Shown: positions 39,437 to 52,031, numbered from the stretch's first letter. The stretch is DNA of 64,000 bases from an uncultured Gammaproteobacteria bacterium (GCA_964552205.1 CAZKFT010000003.1:35016-99015), one strand, 5' to 3'. Numbers and translations: made by a program. The notes: generated by a model not told the origin, from the letters alone.

Positions 39437-42229
39437 TTATACAAGGTACCGCCCCCACAACTCCTCCACTAACGCCCGTTCTGCCTTGAGCTCGGTATCG
39501 GCTACCACTGCAGGCTCGCCCTGTAAGCCCAAGCGGTGAACCTGCTCGCGCAAGGCGCGATAGGCGTCCGTGAGGGTCGCGCCGGTGTCTTGGTCGAGGA
39601 TGCCGCAGGCCACCAACGCCTCCAGTTGCCGGATGTTGTCCGTCCAGTCGAGCAGGGAGGCATGCGCGTGAGCGTGGGCGAGAACCAGAAATTGCACCAG
39701 AAACTCGATGTCGGCGATACCGCCGGCGTCCTGCTTAAGATCAAACATGCCAGGCCGGCGAACACCGAGTTCTTCACGCATGCGGGTGCGCATTTCCGCC
39801 ACCTGCTGCCGCAATACGGCAACATCCCGGGGTTCGGACAGAACCTCGCGTCGGACCGTGTCGAAGGCTGCTGCAATCGAGGGGCTGCCGGCGACGCAGC
39901 GAGCGCGTAGCAGGGCTTGATGTTCCCAGGTCCATGCGTCCGTGCGTTGGTAGTCACCGAATGCCTTCACACTGGAAACCAGCAAGCCACTCGCGCCGCT
40001 TGGGCGCAGGCGTGTGTCCACCTCGTAGAGCACGCCGCCAGCGGTCGGCGTGGCCAACAGATGCACGATGCGTTGTCCCAGGCGTGCCAGGAACACGGGG
40101 ATGTCGATCGGTTTTTCGCCGGAGGTCTGCCCGGCCTCGACCGGGGCATCGTGCAGGAACACGATATCCAGATCGGAACCGTAGGCGAGTTCCAATCCGC
40201 CAAGCTTTCCATAAGCGATGATGGCGAAACCGCAGCCGGGCTCGCCGTGACGCGCCACCGCTTGCCGCCAGGTAATCTCCAACGCGCGTTCCAACACCAG
40301 CTCGGCGAGGTCTGTCAGGCGGTCGGAGACTTTCATCAAGGGCAACAATCCAGACAGGTCGGCAACTGCCACTTGCAGGACCGCGGCCTGCTGGAAGGCG
40401 CGCAGAGTGTCCATCTGCCGTTCGAGGTCATCGTCCGCGATGCCCTCGAACATACGCTCCAGTTCTTCTGCAAAGGCCGCGCGCGTCGGTGGATCGGTGA
40501 AGATGCGGGAGTCCAGCAACTCATCCAGCAACAACGGAGCCTTAGCAATGCGGTCGGTGACCAAGGAGCTTGCGCCACACAAGCGCGCCAGTCGTTCAAG
40601 CGCCCGTGGATTTTCGATCAGCAACGAGAGATAACTGATACGCCGGTCGATGGCCTCCACCACACGCACCAATCGCAGCAGCACCGCATCCGGGTTTTCG
40701 CAGGCCGCCGCCGCATCCAACACCATGGGCATGAGTTGGTCGAGTCGCGCACGACCCGCGTCGCCAAGCAGACGCCAACCTGCAGTCTCCCGCACCTGCG
40801 CAAGTCGACTGAGCGCGTCGGCCGGCGAGCTAAAGCCCACCGCGGTCAGCCGCTCGGCCGCGTCTTCATCCTGCTCCTGGCGCCACACCACGCCAATGCG
40901 CGATTCCGCCGTCTCCACCTGCTGAGGACCGAGAAACACCGTGCTGAAATGGCCCGACACTACACGGCGAACCTCATCCAGTCGGGCGATGAACTCGTCC
41001 CACCCTGCATGGCCCATGGCGCAAGCCAGCCGCGCACGGGCGAGCGGGTCGGTCGGGAGTTCGTGCACCTGCTGGTCGGCTTGTGCCTGCAAGCGGTTCT
41101 CGACCCGGCGCAAATAGATATATGCCTCCTTGAGCGCATCAACCGCACCTGCACTCAAGTGACGGTATTCTGCGAGCAAGGTGAGTACGCGCAGGATGCG
41201 GCGTTCCTGCAATGCCGGTTCGCGGCCACCCCGGATCAATTGGAAAGCCTGACCAATGAACTCAACCTCGCGGATGCCGCCCGGGCCGAGCTTGATGTTG
41301 TCAGCCAATTCCCTGCGCGCTACCTCGCGCTCGATTTTGTCTTTCATGCGCCGCAGTTGTTCGAAACTGCCGTAATCCAGATAGCGGCGGAACACGAACG
41401 GACGTAGCAGCCGCAGCAAGCGCACACCGTCTGCCTGCTCGCCGGTCATGGGTCGCGCCTTGATGAAGGCATAGCGTTCCCAGTCGCGCCCGTGCTCTTG
41501 GTAGTAGGACTCCAGCGCCCCGAACGACAGTGCCAAGGGGCCGGCCTCACCGAATGGCCGTAGTCGCATGTCCACGCGATAGACAAAGCCGTCCGCGGTC
41601 ACCTGGTCGAGCAGGCGGATGACGCCACGACCCACGCGCGCAAAAAACTCTTCATTGCTGATGGCACGCTCGCCGTCTGTCTCGCCGCCTTCCGGGTAAG
41701 CAAACACGAGGTCTATGTCGGAGGAGAAATTGAGCTCATGAGCGCCGAGCTTGCCCATGGCAATGACCACCAGTCGTTGCCGTCGGCCGTCCGCATCACG
41801 CGGAATGCCATAACGCGCAGCAAGCTCCGATTCGACCTGCTCGCAGGCCGCATGGATGCAGGCATCTGCGAGGTCGGACAGTTCCAGCAAGGTCGTTTCA
41901 AGGTCGGCGATACCAGCGATGTCGCGCCACGCGATGCGCGCAACCTCGGCTTTCCTGAAACGCCGCAACACCTCCTCCATTTGTAGGCGCGCCACAGAGT
42001 GGCGCGCCTCCTTCAGCTTGGAGTCATAAAACCCCCGCGTCCCCGGCGCCGACCACTCCCGCGCTTCCCAGTCAGCGACCACATCGGGGTCTGACCCCAG
42101 CACCGAAGCGATGAATTCACTGCAGGCCAGCACCCGCTCGGCTTCCGGCCAGGCGCGCACAATCGCTGGCGCTTGAACGCGTTCCAGCGCGCGCGCCGCT
42201 TGTTCCTGCAATTCGGGTGGGAGTGTCAC
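39437..42229 (-). CDS. glnE: bifunctional glutamine synthetase adenylyltransferase / adenylyl-removing enzyme
   Basis: 930 aa with two nucleotidyltransferase modules (GKLGAHELNFSSDIDLVF and GKLGGLELAYGSDLDIVFL), each followed by a GlnE helical domain. Confidence 0.95.
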   Translation of the reverse strand: MTLPPELQEQAARALERVQAPAIVRAWPEAERVLACSEFIASVLGSDPDVVADWEAREWSAPGTRGFYDSKLKEARHSVARLQMEEVLRRFRKAEVARIAWRDIAGIADLETTLLELSDLADACIHAACEQVESELAARYGIPRDADGRRQRLVVIAMGKLGAHELNFSSDIDLVFAYPEGGETDGERAISNEEFFARVGRGVIRLLDQVTADGFVYRVDMRLRPFGEAGPLALSFGALESYYQEHGRDWERYAFIKARPMTGEQADGVRLLRLLRPFVFRRYLDYGSFEQLRRMKDKIEREVARRELADNIKLGPGGIREVEFIGQAFQLIRGGREPALQERRILRVLTLLAEYRHLSAGAVDALKEAYIYLRRVENRLQAQADQQVHELPTDPLARARLACAMGHAGWDEFIARLDEVRRVVSGHFSTVFLGPQQVETAESRIGVVWRQEQDEDAAERLTAVGFSSPADALSRLAQVRETAGWRLLGDAGRARLDQLMPMVLDAAAACENPDAVLLRLVRVVEAIDRRISYLSLLIENPRALERLARLCGASSLVTDRIAKAPLLLDELLDSRIFTDPPTRAAFAEELERMFEGIADDDLERQMDTLRAFQQAAVLQVAVADLSGLLPLMKVSDRLTDLAELVLERALEITWRQAVARHGEPGCGFAIIAYGKLGGLELAYGSDLDIVFLHDAPVEAGQTSGEKPIDIPVFLARLGQRIVHLLATPTAGGVLYEVDTRLRPSGASGLLVSSVKAFGDYQRTDAWTWEHQALLRARCVAGSPSIAAAFDTVRREVLSEPRDVAVLRQQVAEMRTRMREELGVRRPGMFDLKQDAGGIADIEFLVQFLVLAHAHAHASLLDWTDNIRQLEALVACGILDQDTGATLTDAYRALREQVHRLGLQGEPAVVADTELKAERALVEELWGRYLV

Positions 42230-42278
42230 GCCGTCGATGTTAGCACCACCTTGTGTGGCAGCCTGAGGAGTTAATTAC

Positions 42279-42296
42279 CGTGGGAGCGCTCCCACG
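42279..42296. repeat. perfect 18-bp palindrome CGTGGGAGCGCTCCCACG (minimal REP head or operator)
   Basis: It lies in the divergent glnE/CMD intergenic region. Each half equals the GTGGGAGCG head of the REP family. Confidence 0.8.
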
Positions 42297-42342
42297 TTGA
42301 AACCTCCGAGGCTCCAGCAGTATCCGGTGCTAACATCAGGTC

Positions 42343-42933
42343 ATGACCCACATGAACCCATTACCAAAAGACGCGACGCCCGAACTGGCGGACACCTTTG
42401 CTCTGTTCGAGAAAATCCTCGGCTTCGTCCCCAACAGTCTGCTCACCATGCAACGCCGACCTGCCATCGTGGAGGGCTTCGGTGCCCTGACCAGAGCTGT
42501 GATGGACCCGCAGGGCGAAGTAGATCCCGGTTTCAAGCGCCTCATCGCACACTTCGCAAGCACGGCCGCCGGCTGTCGCTACTGCGAGGCACATTCGCTG
42601 GTCGCGGCCCGCATCCACGGCATTGACGATGCCAAACTCGCAGCGCTGTGGTCGTATACCACTAGCCCGCTGTACACGGAGGCCGAGCGCGCGGCATTGG
42701 ACTTTGCGCTGGCTGCTGGAAGCGTGCCCAACGATGTCACCGAGGAACACTTCACAGCGATGCGTGAATATTGGTCGGAAGGCGCCATCGTGGAGATTCT
42801 TGCGGCGGTGTGCCTTTACGGATTTTTGAATCGCTGGAACGATTCCATGGCCACCGACATCGAGGAAGCACCGACGGCGTTGGCGAATGAAGTACTGAAA
42901 GACCGGTGGGAACCGGGGAAACACAAAGGCTAA
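42343..42933 (+). CDS. carboxymuconolactone decarboxylase (AhpD-like) family peroxidase-related protein
   Basis: 196 aa with AAGCRYCEAHS (CxxC) and the helical AhpD-like pattern. Confidence 0.75.
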   Translation: MTHMNPLPKDATPELADTFALFEKILGFVPNSLLTMQRRPAIVEGFGALTRAVMDPQGEVDPGFKRLIAHFASTAAGCRYCEAHSLVAARIHGIDDAKLAALWSYTTSPLYTEAERAALDFALAAGSVPNDVTEEHFTAMREYWSEGAIVEILAAVCLYGFLNRWNDSMATDIEEAPTALANEVLKDRWEPGKHKG

Positions 42934-42964
42934 AAAAAGAAAGGCCCGCCGTGAGGCGGGCCTT
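42932..42964 (-). terminator. intrinsic terminator of groESL
   Basis: AAGGCCCGCC-GTGA-GGCGGGCCTT, a 10-bp stem. On the minus strand it is followed by TTCTTTTTTT. Confidence 0.88.
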
Positions 42965-42991
42965 GGTACTCACATTCACCCACCTACGCTC

Positions 42992-44641
<1,650 letters not shown>

Positions 44642-44649
44642 TTACCCTC

Positions 44650-44937
44650 TTAATCCAACACTGCCATGACATCTTCTTCGCGCATCACCAGGTATTCCTG
44701 ACCGTCGATCTTGACCTCGGTCCCGGAATACTTGCCGAAGAGCACCTTGTCGCCGACCTTCAGGTCCAGGCCGCGGACTTCGCCGCTTTCCAGGATCTTG
44801 CCGTTGCCGACGGCGACGACTTCACCGCGGATGGGCTTTTCGGTGGCGGTGTCCGGGATGACGATGCCACCCGGGGATGTACGCTCTTCCTCGAGGCGCT
44901 TGATGATCACGCGATCGTGAAGCGGACGAATCTTCAT
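44650..44937 (-). CDS. groES: co-chaperonin GroES
   Basis: ORF 44650..45345 trimmed to ATG 44937 ([18 protein letters not shown]), 95 aa, with the SD AAGGAGAAG upstream. Confidence 0.97.
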   Translation of the reverse strand: MKIRPLHDRVIIKRLEEERTSPGGIVIPDTATEKPIRGEVVAVGNGKILESGEVRGLDLKVGDKVLFGKYSGTEVKIDGQEYLVMREEDVMAVLD

Positions 44938-44990
44938 CGAACTTCTCCTTAAAATACCTAGGTTGAACCAGTGTTCGTCGGAGGTCGCTG

Positions 44991-45017
44991 TTAGCACTCC
45001 CCCGAGATGAGTGCCAA
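44991..45017 (-). promoter_or_regulatory. CIRCE operator (HrcA binding site) in the groESL leader
   Basis: TTAGCACTC-N9-GAGTGCCAA compared with the consensus TTAGCACTC-N9-GAGTGCTAA (1 mismatch), 54 nt upstream of the groES ATG. Confidence 0.85.
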
Positions 45018-45018
45018 T

Positions 45019-45047
45019 AATATGGGCGAAAAACCCGAAGTCAAGGG
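45019..45047 (-). promoter_or_regulatory. sigma-32-type heat-shock promoter of groESL
   Basis: The minus strand reads CCCTTGAC-N13-CCCATATT, close to the consensus CTTGAAA-N13/14-CCCCATNT, immediately upstream of CIRCE. Confidence 0.65.
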
Positions 45048-45111
45048 CGCTTGCGGGGTTCTTAGGGGCCCGATTTCTGATAATCTGCCCGCTTTCCGCT
45101 GGAGTCACTTG

Positions 45112-45432
45112 ATGGACAAGGGATTTCTCATCGTCTGGTGCGCGTGCCCGGACGAACACACGGCCAACACCATCTCCCGACACTTGGTGGATCAGCGGCT
45201 GGCCGCCTGCGTGACGCAACTTCCAGGCGCCAAATCCGTCTATCGCTGGAAAGGTAAAATCGAAACCGCCGAGGAAGTCGTGCTGATGATCAAGACCCGT
45301 GCCTCCGCTTACCAGGAGCTGGAGGCGGCCGTAGAGGCCCTGCACCCCTACGAAATCCCAGAGCTGATTGCCTCGCGGGTCGAGGCTGGCGTGCCCGATT
45401 ATCTGGGGTGGGTCTTCGAGTCCACCAAATGA
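45112..45432 (+). CDS. cutA: divalent-cation tolerance protein CutA
   Basis: ORF 45007..45432 trimmed to ATG 45112 ([14 protein letters not shown]). Motifs are [15 protein letters not shown] and HPYEIPE. Confidence 0.88.
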   Translation: MDKGFLIVWCACPDEHTANTISRHLVDQRLAACVTQLPGAKSVYRWKGKIETAEEVVLMIKTRASAYQELEAAVEALHPYEIPELIASRVEAGVPDYLGWVFESTK

Positions 45433-47234
45433 GGCCGTTGCGCTTTGCCGCCACTGCGGCTGCGATGCTGTTGCTCGCCCCGCTCGTCCAGGCCGACCTG
45501 TTTGCCCGTTTCGGCGGCGACCCCTTTGCGCGTTTTCTGCCCGTGGAACAGGCCTTCCGGGTGGATGTCCAGGCGCTGGATGCCAACACCATCGGTATCC
45601 GCTGGACCATTGCCGACGAGTACTACCTCTATCGCGACAAGTTCAGTCTGCAGGGACCGGACGGCGTGACGCTGGGCGGCCTGCAGATTCCCGCGGGCGA
45701 AGCCCATACCGATGAGTTCTTCGGCACCGTCCAGGTCCATCGCCAGCAGGTCGAGATCCGGGTCGCCGTCATGCGTACGGTGGATGCGGCCAAAACCATA
45801 GAACTCACCCTGGGCTACCAGGGCTGTGCCGACGCTGGTTTATGTTATCCACCAGACACGCGCGCAGTGGCCGTGAATATGCCAGCAGTGGGCAGTGTGC
45901 CGGACGCACCCGCCTTTGTCTCCGAGCAAGACCGCTTGGCCGGGATGCTGGCCGACGGACGCCTGTGGCTCATCATCCTGACTTTCTACGGGCTCGGCCT
46001 GCTCCTGACCTTCACGCCCTGTGTGCTCCCCATGGTCCCGATTCTGTCGGGGATTATCATCGGGCAAGGGCCGAACCTGTCTGCACGGCGCGGCTTCATG
46101 TTGTCGCTGGTCTATGTGCTGGCGATGGCACTCACCTATACCGTCGCAGGTGTGCTGGCCGCCCTGCTCGGACAAAACTTGCAGGCGGTGTTCCAACACC
46201 CCGCGGTGCTGGTGGTGTTCGCGGGGGTGTTTGTACTGCTCGCGCTGGCCATGTTCGGCTTCTACCGGCTGGAAATGCCCGCCGCAGTGCAGGCGCGTCT
46301 CGCCGTGATTTCGAATAAGCAGGCACATGGCACCTGGATCGGCACTGCCGTAATGGGATTCCTTTCCGCGCTGATTGTCGGCCCGTGTGTGGCCGCGCCA
46401 CTGGCGGGCGCACTCATCTACATCGGGCAGACCGGCGATGCGGTGATTGGTGGCACTGCCCTCTTTGCGCTCAGCATGGGTATGGGCACGCTACTGCTCG
46501 CCATCGGCGCCTCTGCAGGCCGGTTGGTGCCCAAAGCCGGGCCGTGGATGAATGCGGTCAAGGCGCTGTTCGGGGTGCTGATGCTGGCAGTGGCCATCTG
46601 GTTGCTGGAGCGCGTACTGCCGGTACCGGTCACCATGTCGCTGTGGGCCGCGCTCGCCGTGGTCAGCGCCATCTATCTGGGTGCACTAGATGCGCTGCCG
46701 CTCGATGCGTCCGGCTGGCGCCGCCTCTGGAAAGGCATCGGCATGTTGTTATTGGCCTGGGGCGTATTGCTGTTGATTGGAGCCGCGTCCGGTGGCCGTG
46801 ACCCCCTGCAACCGCTGGTCGGCAGCACGCTCATGGGCGGCGCTTCCGCGCCTACCACCCAGCAGGTCGCACTGCCGTTCCGCACCATCAAATCTCTGTC
46901 GGATCTTGAAACCGAACTTGCGCAAGCGAGCGAACAAGGCCGCACGGTAATGCTGGATTTCTATGCTGACTGGTGCGTGTCCTGCAAGGAAATGGAGCGG
47001 TATACCTTCCCGGACCCCGCCGTGCGTGCTGCACTCGCCGACACCGTGCTCCTGAAAGCCGATGTCACCAAAAACGACACCACCGATCGCGAACTGATGC
47101 GTGCGTTCGGCATCTTGGGTCCGCCCAGCATCCTGTTCTTCGGTCCTGACCAGGAAGAGCGTCGTCGCTACCGCGTGGTAGGCTTCGTTCCCGCGGCGGA
47201 GTTCGCCGCGATGCTCGAGCTCGCCCTGCAATGA
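45429..47234 (+). CDS. dsbD: thiol:disulfide interchange protein DsbD
   Basis: ATG 45429 ([22 protein letters not shown]) has an ATGA overlap with the cutA stop. N-terminal Ig-like domain ([11 protein letters not shown]), a central 8-TM core ([15 protein letters not shown]) and a C-terminal thioredoxin domain (WCVSCK). Confidence 0.93.
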   Translation: MRPLRFAATAAAMLLLAPLVQADLFARFGGDPFARFLPVEQAFRVDVQALDANTIGIRWTIADEYYLYRDKFSLQGPDGVTLGGLQIPAGEAHTDEFFGTVQVHRQQVEIRVAVMRTVDAAKTIELTLGYQGCADAGLCYPPDTRAVAVNMPAVGSVPDAPAFVSEQDRLAGMLADGRLWLIILTFYGLGLLLTFTPCVLPMVPILSGIIIGQGPNLSARRGFMLSLVYVLAMALTYTVAGVLAALLGQNLQAVFQHPAVLVVFAGVFVLLALAMFGFYRLEMPAAVQARLAVISNKQAHGTWIGTAVMGFLSALIVGPCVAAPLAGALIYIGQTGDAVIGGTALFALSMGMGTLLLAIGASAGRLVPKAGPWMNAVKALFGVLMLAVAIWLLERVLPVPVTMSLWAALAVVSAIYLGALDALPLDASGWRRLWKGIGMLLLAWGVLLLIGAASGGRDPLQPLVGSTLMGGASAPTTQQVALPFRTIKSLSDLETELAQASEQGRTVMLDFYADWCVSCKEMERYTFPDPAVRAALADTVLLKADVTKNDTTDRELMRAFGILGPPSILFFGPDQEERRRYRVVGFVPAAEFAAMLELALQ

Positions 47235-47788
47235 ACCGCTTACCGCTGATTATCACTGTTGCCATTGTCGCGGCCGCGCTCGGCGCGGGCGCCGCCTGGT
47301 TCCTGCATTCCCCCGAGGCACCGCCGGAGATTCCGCGCAGCAGCATCCCGGAATACGCCCCGGATTTCGCGTTACGAGACCTCGAAGGCAACATGCGCGC
47401 CTTCAGCGAATGGGAAGGTCGCATCCTCATCGTGAACTTCTGGGCGACCTGGTGCGCGCCGTGCCGTAGAGAGATTCCCGTTCTGGTTGCCCTGCAGGCT
47501 GCCCACCCTGAAGACCAGCTCACCGTGCTTGGCATCGCGATTGATGAAGACGACGCCGTCCGCGAGTATGCAGAGCAAATCGGCATGACCTACACCACGC
47601 TGGTCGGCCAGCTCGACGCCATCCAGGTGTCAGGCCGCTATGGGAACCACATCGGCGCCATGCCCTACACCGTCATCGTTGGCCCCGACCGCAAGATTCA
47701 CTGGGTGCACGCTGGCGAAGTGACCGCGCCGATGCTCGATGAGGCCTTGGCGCCTCTGGTCTCCGGGTCTGGCTCGGGTTCTGATTAA
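47231..47788 (+). CDS. TlpA-family periplasmic thiol:disulfide oxidoreductase
   Basis: 185 aa with a signal/anchor. FWATWCAPC is the thioredoxin motif. ATGA overlap with the dsbD stop. Confidence 0.85.
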   Translation: MNRLPLIITVAIVAAALGAGAAWFLHSPEAPPEIPRSSIPEYAPDFALRDLEGNMRAFSEWEGRILIVNFWATWCAPCRREIPVLVALQAAHPEDQLTVLGIAIDEDDAVREYAEQIGMTYTTLVGQLDAIQVSGRYGNHIGAMPYTVIVGPDRKIHWVHAGEVTAPMLDEALAPLVSGSGSGSD

Positions 47789-47950
47789 CTTCCGTTAACT
47801 TGCCGCTATCTGCAGCCATCTTGCAGGGTGCGTGGGGTTGGTCCACAATGGTCGACTCCATGAGCCATGCCGGGGAGGCGTGGTACTCTCAACTTTGGTG
47901 ACGAAATGGATGCTATCGTCGCCGAACATGCGGGTTACTAACCGGAACCA

Positions 47951-48394
47951 ATGGCCAATCTGTTACTCCTGAACGGCCCCAATCTGAACCTGCTCGGAAG
48001 ACGAGAGCCGGACATCTATGGTCGCGACACGCTCGCCGACATCGAGTCCCGGCTGTCCTCCCTAGCGACCAAGGCCGGTCACTCGCTTTCAGCATTCCAA
48101 TCCAATTCCGAACGCGAACTGATTGAGCGTGTGCAGGCAGCCATGGACGACGGCACCAACTTCGCCTTGGTCAATCCGGCTGGACTGACCCACTCCAGCG
48201 TGCCGCTCAGGGATGCCTTTGCCACGAGCGGCCTGCCATTCATTGAAGTACATCTGTCCAATCCCCATGCGCGGGAACCGTTCCGCCGCCAGTCGATGTT
48301 CTCGGACATCGCGGTCGGTGTGGTCTGCGGTTTCGGCGCTCACTCTTATGAACTCGCTTTGGAGGCGGCCCTACGATGGATATCCGCAAGGTAA
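47951..48394 (+). CDS. aroQ: type II 3-dehydroquinate dehydratase
   Basis: 147 aa with [30 protein letters not shown] and [14 protein letters not shown]. Confidence 0.95.
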   Translation: MANLLLLNGPNLNLLGRREPDIYGRDTLADIESRLSSLATKAGHSLSAFQSNSERELIERVQAAMDDGTNFALVNPAGLTHSSVPLRDAFATSGLPFIEVHLSNPHAREPFRRQSMFSDIAVGVVCGFGAHSYELALEAALRWISAR

Positions 48395-48828
48395 AGAAAC
48401 TCATCGAACTGCTGGAGGAATCCGGCATCTCGGAAATCGAGATCAGTGAGGGGGAAGAATCCGTGCGCATCAGCCGCCATCCCACCGGTGGCGTGCACAT
48501 GATGCCGAGCTACGCGGCCCCACCTCCTGCCGCTGCGGCACCGGTCGCCGCCGCGGCGCCCGCCGCCGAGAGCACGGAACCCGACGTTCCCGCCGGGCAC
48601 GTCGTTTCCTCGCCGATGGTGGGCACTTTCTACCGGGCGCCCTCACCGGGTGCCAAGGATTTCGTGGAGGTTGGCCAGTCGGTCAAGGTCGGTGACACGC
48701 TGTGCATCATCGAGGCAATGAAGATGATGAACCAGATCGAAGCCGACAAGAGTGGCGTGGTCAAAGCCGTGCTCGTCGAAAACGCCGATCCCGTGGAGTT
48801 CGGCCAGCCGCTGTTCGTTATCGAATGA
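48376..48828 (+). CDS. accB: acetyl-CoA carboxylase biotin carboxyl carrier protein
   Basis: 150 aa with [16 protein letters not shown], a Pro/Ala linker and the biotinylation motif EAMKMMN. Confidence 0.95.
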   Translation: MDIRKVKKLIELLEESGISEIEISEGEESVRISRHPTGGVHMMPSYAAPPPAAAAPVAAAAPAAESTEPDVPAGHVVSSPMVGTFYRAPSPGAKDFVEVGQSVKVGDTLCIIEAMKMMNQIEADKSGVVKAVLVENADPVEFGQPLFVIE

Positions 48829-50174
48829 AGACGCTGGACAAGGTTGTCATCGCCAATCGCGGGGAAATTGCGCTGCGCATCCTGCGCGCCTGCCGCGAGC
48901 TCGGCATCAAGACTGTCGCGGTGTACTCCCAGGCGGACCGCGAACAGAAGCATGTCCTGCTGGCGGACGAGGCCGTATGCATCGGTCCGCCCCCCTCCAC
49001 CGACTCCTACCTCAATATGCCGGCCATCATCTCCGCGGCCGAGGTCACCGACGCCACGGGTATACACCCGGGCTACGGCTTCCTGTCCGAGAACGCGGAT
49101 TTCGCGGAGCGCGTGGAGCGGTCCGGGTTCACCTTCATCGGGCCACGCGCCGAGACCATCCGCCTGATGGGCGACAAAGTCTCCGCCAAGAAATCCATGA
49201 TTAAGGCCGGCGTGCCCTGCGTGCCAGGTTCGGAGGGTGCGCTGGGCGAAAACCCCGACGAAAACCTGAAGCTGGCCCGCGAGGTCGGCTACCCGGTCAT
49301 CATCAAGGCCGCCGGTGGTGGAGGTGGGCGTGGGATGCGCGTGGTGCATTCGGAAGCCGCGCTGCTGAACGCGATCCAACTCACCAAGGGCGAGGCACAG
49401 TCGGCTTTCGGCAACGCCACCGTCTATATGGAAAAGTTCTTGGGCCACCCACGCCACATCGAGTTCCAGGTGTTGGCCGACGAGCATGGCAACGCCATCC
49501 ATCTGGGTGAGCGTGACTGTTCCATGCAGCGCCGCCACCAGAAAGTGGTCGAGGAAGCGCCAGCACCCGGCATCACGGAGAAGCAGCGCAAACAAATGGG
49601 CGAGCGTTGTGCCGATGCCTGCAGGCGTATCGGCTATCGCGGCGCGGGAACTTTCGAGTTCCTGTTCCAGGACGGCCACTTCTACTTCATCGAGATGAAC
49701 ACCCGTGTGCAAGTGGAGCACCCGGTCACCGAGCTAATCACCGGCGTGGACATCGTGAAGGAGCAGCTGCATATCGCAGCCGGCAACCCGCTGGCCTACA
49801 AGCAGAAGGACATCGTGTTGCGCGGCCATGCCATTGAATGCCGTATCAACGCCGAACATCCACGCACTTTCGTGCCCTCACCCGGGCTGATCTCGCAGTT
49901 CCATGCGCCGGGTGGTCCCGGTATCCGTGTGGACTCGCATATTTATAGTGGCTACAAGGTCCCGCCCAACTATGATTCGATGATAGGCAAGCTCATCGCC
50001 TATGGGGAAACGCGGTCCAGCGCCTTGGCGCGTATGCGTACGGCGCTCTCTGAAATCATCGTCGAGGGCATACAGACCAACATCGCCCTGCACCAGGACA
50101 TCTGCAACGACGCGGCGTTCATCACCGGGGGCACCGACATCCATTACCTCGAGAAGAAGCTCGGCGCGAAGTAG
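48825..50174 (+). CDS. accC: acetyl-CoA carboxylase biotin carboxylase subunit
   Basis: ORF 48702..50174 trimmed to ATG 48825 (ATGA overlap with the accB stop). Motifs are [24 protein letters not shown] and [14 protein letters not shown]. Confidence 0.96.
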   Translation: MKTLDKVVIANRGEIALRILRACRELGIKTVAVYSQADREQKHVLLADEAVCIGPPPSTDSYLNMPAIISAAEVTDATGIHPGYGFLSENADFAERVERSGFTFIGPRAETIRLMGDKVSAKKSMIKAGVPCVPGSEGALGENPDENLKLAREVGYPVIIKAAGGGGGRGMRVVHSEAALLNAIQLTKGEAQSAFGNATVYMEKFLGHPRHIEFQVLADEHGNAIHLGERDCSMQRRHQKVVEEAPAPGITEKQRKQMGERCADACRRIGYRGAGTFEFLFQDGHFYFIEMNTRVQVEHPVTELITGVDIVKEQLHIAAGNPLAYKQKDIVLRGHAIECRINAEHPRTFVPSPGLISQFHAPGGPGIRVDSHIYSGYKVPPNYDSMIGKLIAYGETRSSALARMRTALSEIIVEGIQTNIALHQDICNDAAFITGGTDIHYLEKKLGAK

Positions 50175-50176
50175 CC

Positions 50177-51061
50177 ATGGGCTGGCTACAGGTCAGGATG
50201 GAGATGTCGGGAGCGGATCCTGGTCCTCTGGAAGATGCCCTGCTCGCGACCGGCGCGGTGGCGGTGACCATGGACGATGCCGGAGATGATCCCATCTACG
50301 AACCCGGCCCGGGCGAGCTGCCGCTGTGGCCGACCACGCGTATCACCGGCCTGTACCCGGGCACGACCGACGCGGATGTGTTGCGGGCGGCGTTGTTGAA
50401 TGCCGTTGCCCCAGATGCCTTTCCGCCGCACGAGTTCCTGATGCTGGATGACCGGACTTGGGAACGCGAGTGGATGAAGGACTTTCGGCCGATGCAGTTC
50501 GGTCAGCGCCTGTGGGTCATCCCGGGCGAGTACACGCCGCCCGATACTGCCGCTGTGAATCTCCTGCTCGACCCCGGCCTGGCCTTCGGGACCGGCACGC
50601 ACGCCACCACCGCCTTGTGTCTGGAGTGGCTGGATGCCGCCATGGACCTGAAGGACGCCCGGGTGGTGGATTACGGCTGCGGTTCCGGAATTCTGGCCGT
50701 GGCCGCTGCGCTCCTGGGCGCCCGCGAGGTTCTGGCCGTGGACAATGACCCCCAAGCGCTGGTGGCGACGCGTGCCAACGCCGAACGTAATGGCGTGGCG
50801 GACCGTATCCGTACCTGTCTGCCGGCCGACGCGCCTGAAACCTGGCAGGCCGACTTACTGGTTGCGAACATCCTGGCCGCACCGCTCATCCTGCTCGCCA
50901 CGCGATTCGACGCGCTGATGCGACCCGGTGCGCGACTGGCAGTGTCCGGTTTGATTGCGCGTCAGGTGGACGAAGTGCGTGCGGCGTACACCCAATGGTG
51001 CCCACTTGATGAGTTGGTCGAGACGGATGGGTGGGTTCGGTTGGCGGGCACGAAAGGTTAG
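50177..51061 (+). CDS. prmA: ribosomal protein L11 methyltransferase
   Basis: 294 aa with LDPGLAFGTGTHATT, VDYGCGSGILA and ANILA. Confidence 0.93.
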   Translation: MGWLQVRMEMSGADPGPLEDALLATGAVAVTMDDAGDDPIYEPGPGELPLWPTTRITGLYPGTTDADVLRAALLNAVAPDAFPPHEFLMLDDRTWEREWMKDFRPMQFGQRLWVIPGEYTPPDTAAVNLLLDPGLAFGTGTHATTALCLEWLDAAMDLKDARVVDYGCGSGILAVAAALLGAREVLAVDNDPQALVATRANAERNGVADRIRTCLPADAPETWQADLLVANILAAPLILLATRFDALMRPGARLAVSGLIARQVDEVRAAYTQWCPLDELVETDGWVRLAGTKG

Positions 51062-51070
51062 ACTGCATCC

Positions 51071-51865
51071 ATGTACACGCGTTGCAGCGAATGCGAGACC
51101 CTTTTCCGCGTTTCACGCGAGCAACTCAACGCAGCCCGTGGCCAGGTTCGTTGTGGTCATTGCGGCATGGTGTTCGATGCGCTCGCAAGTCTTCGTGAAG
51201 AGGTCGCACTTCCCGGCGAGTCGCCCGATACGGTGTTCCCCAAGATCTCGGACGATGTCGTCGCGGACGCTACGCCTGATGAAGACGAGGTGCCCGAACA
51301 CATTCCTTATGAGTTCCTGCTCGACACCATCGAGACGCCGGCGCCACCGCGTGTTCGACGCTGGCCGTGGATTACGCTTGCTGTGATTCTTGTGCTCGGT
51401 GCGCTGTTACAGACGGCGCACATGCAACGCGAAGTACTGGCCGATTCTGAGCTTTTCGGCCCTTATATTTCAATGATTTATGAAGCTGCTGGGCATCCGC
51501 TGCAAACCGCACCTCTCATTGATTTGCAAGCCTTCGCACTGCTGCATCACGAGTTGGTGTCACACCCGCGCACCAGTGGTGCATTGCATTTGTCAGGTGT
51601 TCTCAACAATGCTGCTGACCATGCACAGCCGTGGCCGATACTCGAGCTACGACTCGAAGATCGTTTCGGCGATGTTGTCGCAGCGCGCCGACTTGAACCC
51701 GCCGAGTATCTTCGCAACCCGCCGGTCGGCGGCGAGTTGATGCCTGCGCATGCACGCCGCGCGATCGAAATTTCAATCGTTGATCCGGGTGCGGACGCGG
51801 TCGGTTTCAACATTGATTTCTGCGTCATGCTTGAAGACGGTTTGCGCTGCGCTGCGCAGAACTGA
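51071..51865 (+). CDS. zinc-ribbon (MJ0042-type) plus DUF3426 membrane protein
   Basis: 264 aa with MYTRCSECETLFRV...VRCGHCGMVFDAL, one TM segment (WPWITLAVILVLGALL) and a C-terminal DUF3426-like region. It occupies the conserved position between prmA and dusB. Confidence 0.7.
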   Translation: MYTRCSECETLFRVSREQLNAARGQVRCGHCGMVFDALASLREEVALPGESPDTVFPKISDDVVADATPDEDEVPEHIPYEFLLDTIETPAPPRVRRWPWITLAVILVLGALLQTAHMQREVLADSELFGPYISMIYEAAGHPLQTAPLIDLQAFALLHHELVSHPRTSGALHLSGVLNNAADHAQPWPILELRLEDRFGDVVAARRLEPAEYLRNPPVGGELMPAHARRAIEISIVDPGADAVGFNIDFCVMLEDGLRCAAQN

Positions 51866-52031
51866 AAACCGGCTTCGCTGTCAAGCCCTGCACCTCATTT
51901 CAGTAAACTCAGCGACCTGCGACACACTCCTTCAAAAACCATCGCTGTAATCTTTGACCTCTGTCGGATAATCGGTATGATTCTCCTCCCCCGAGTCATT
52001 CCTCGACCGGGTGCTCAACGGCGGGATTGAG

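Noticed and set aside
47848-47901. A 17-codon ORF (MVDSMSHAGEAWYSQLW) upstream of aroQ, considered as a possible aromatic-amino-acid leader peptide.
   Set aside because: It has only scattered Trp/Tyr codons, no downstream terminator or alternative hairpins, and no SD. I cannot distinguish it from chance.
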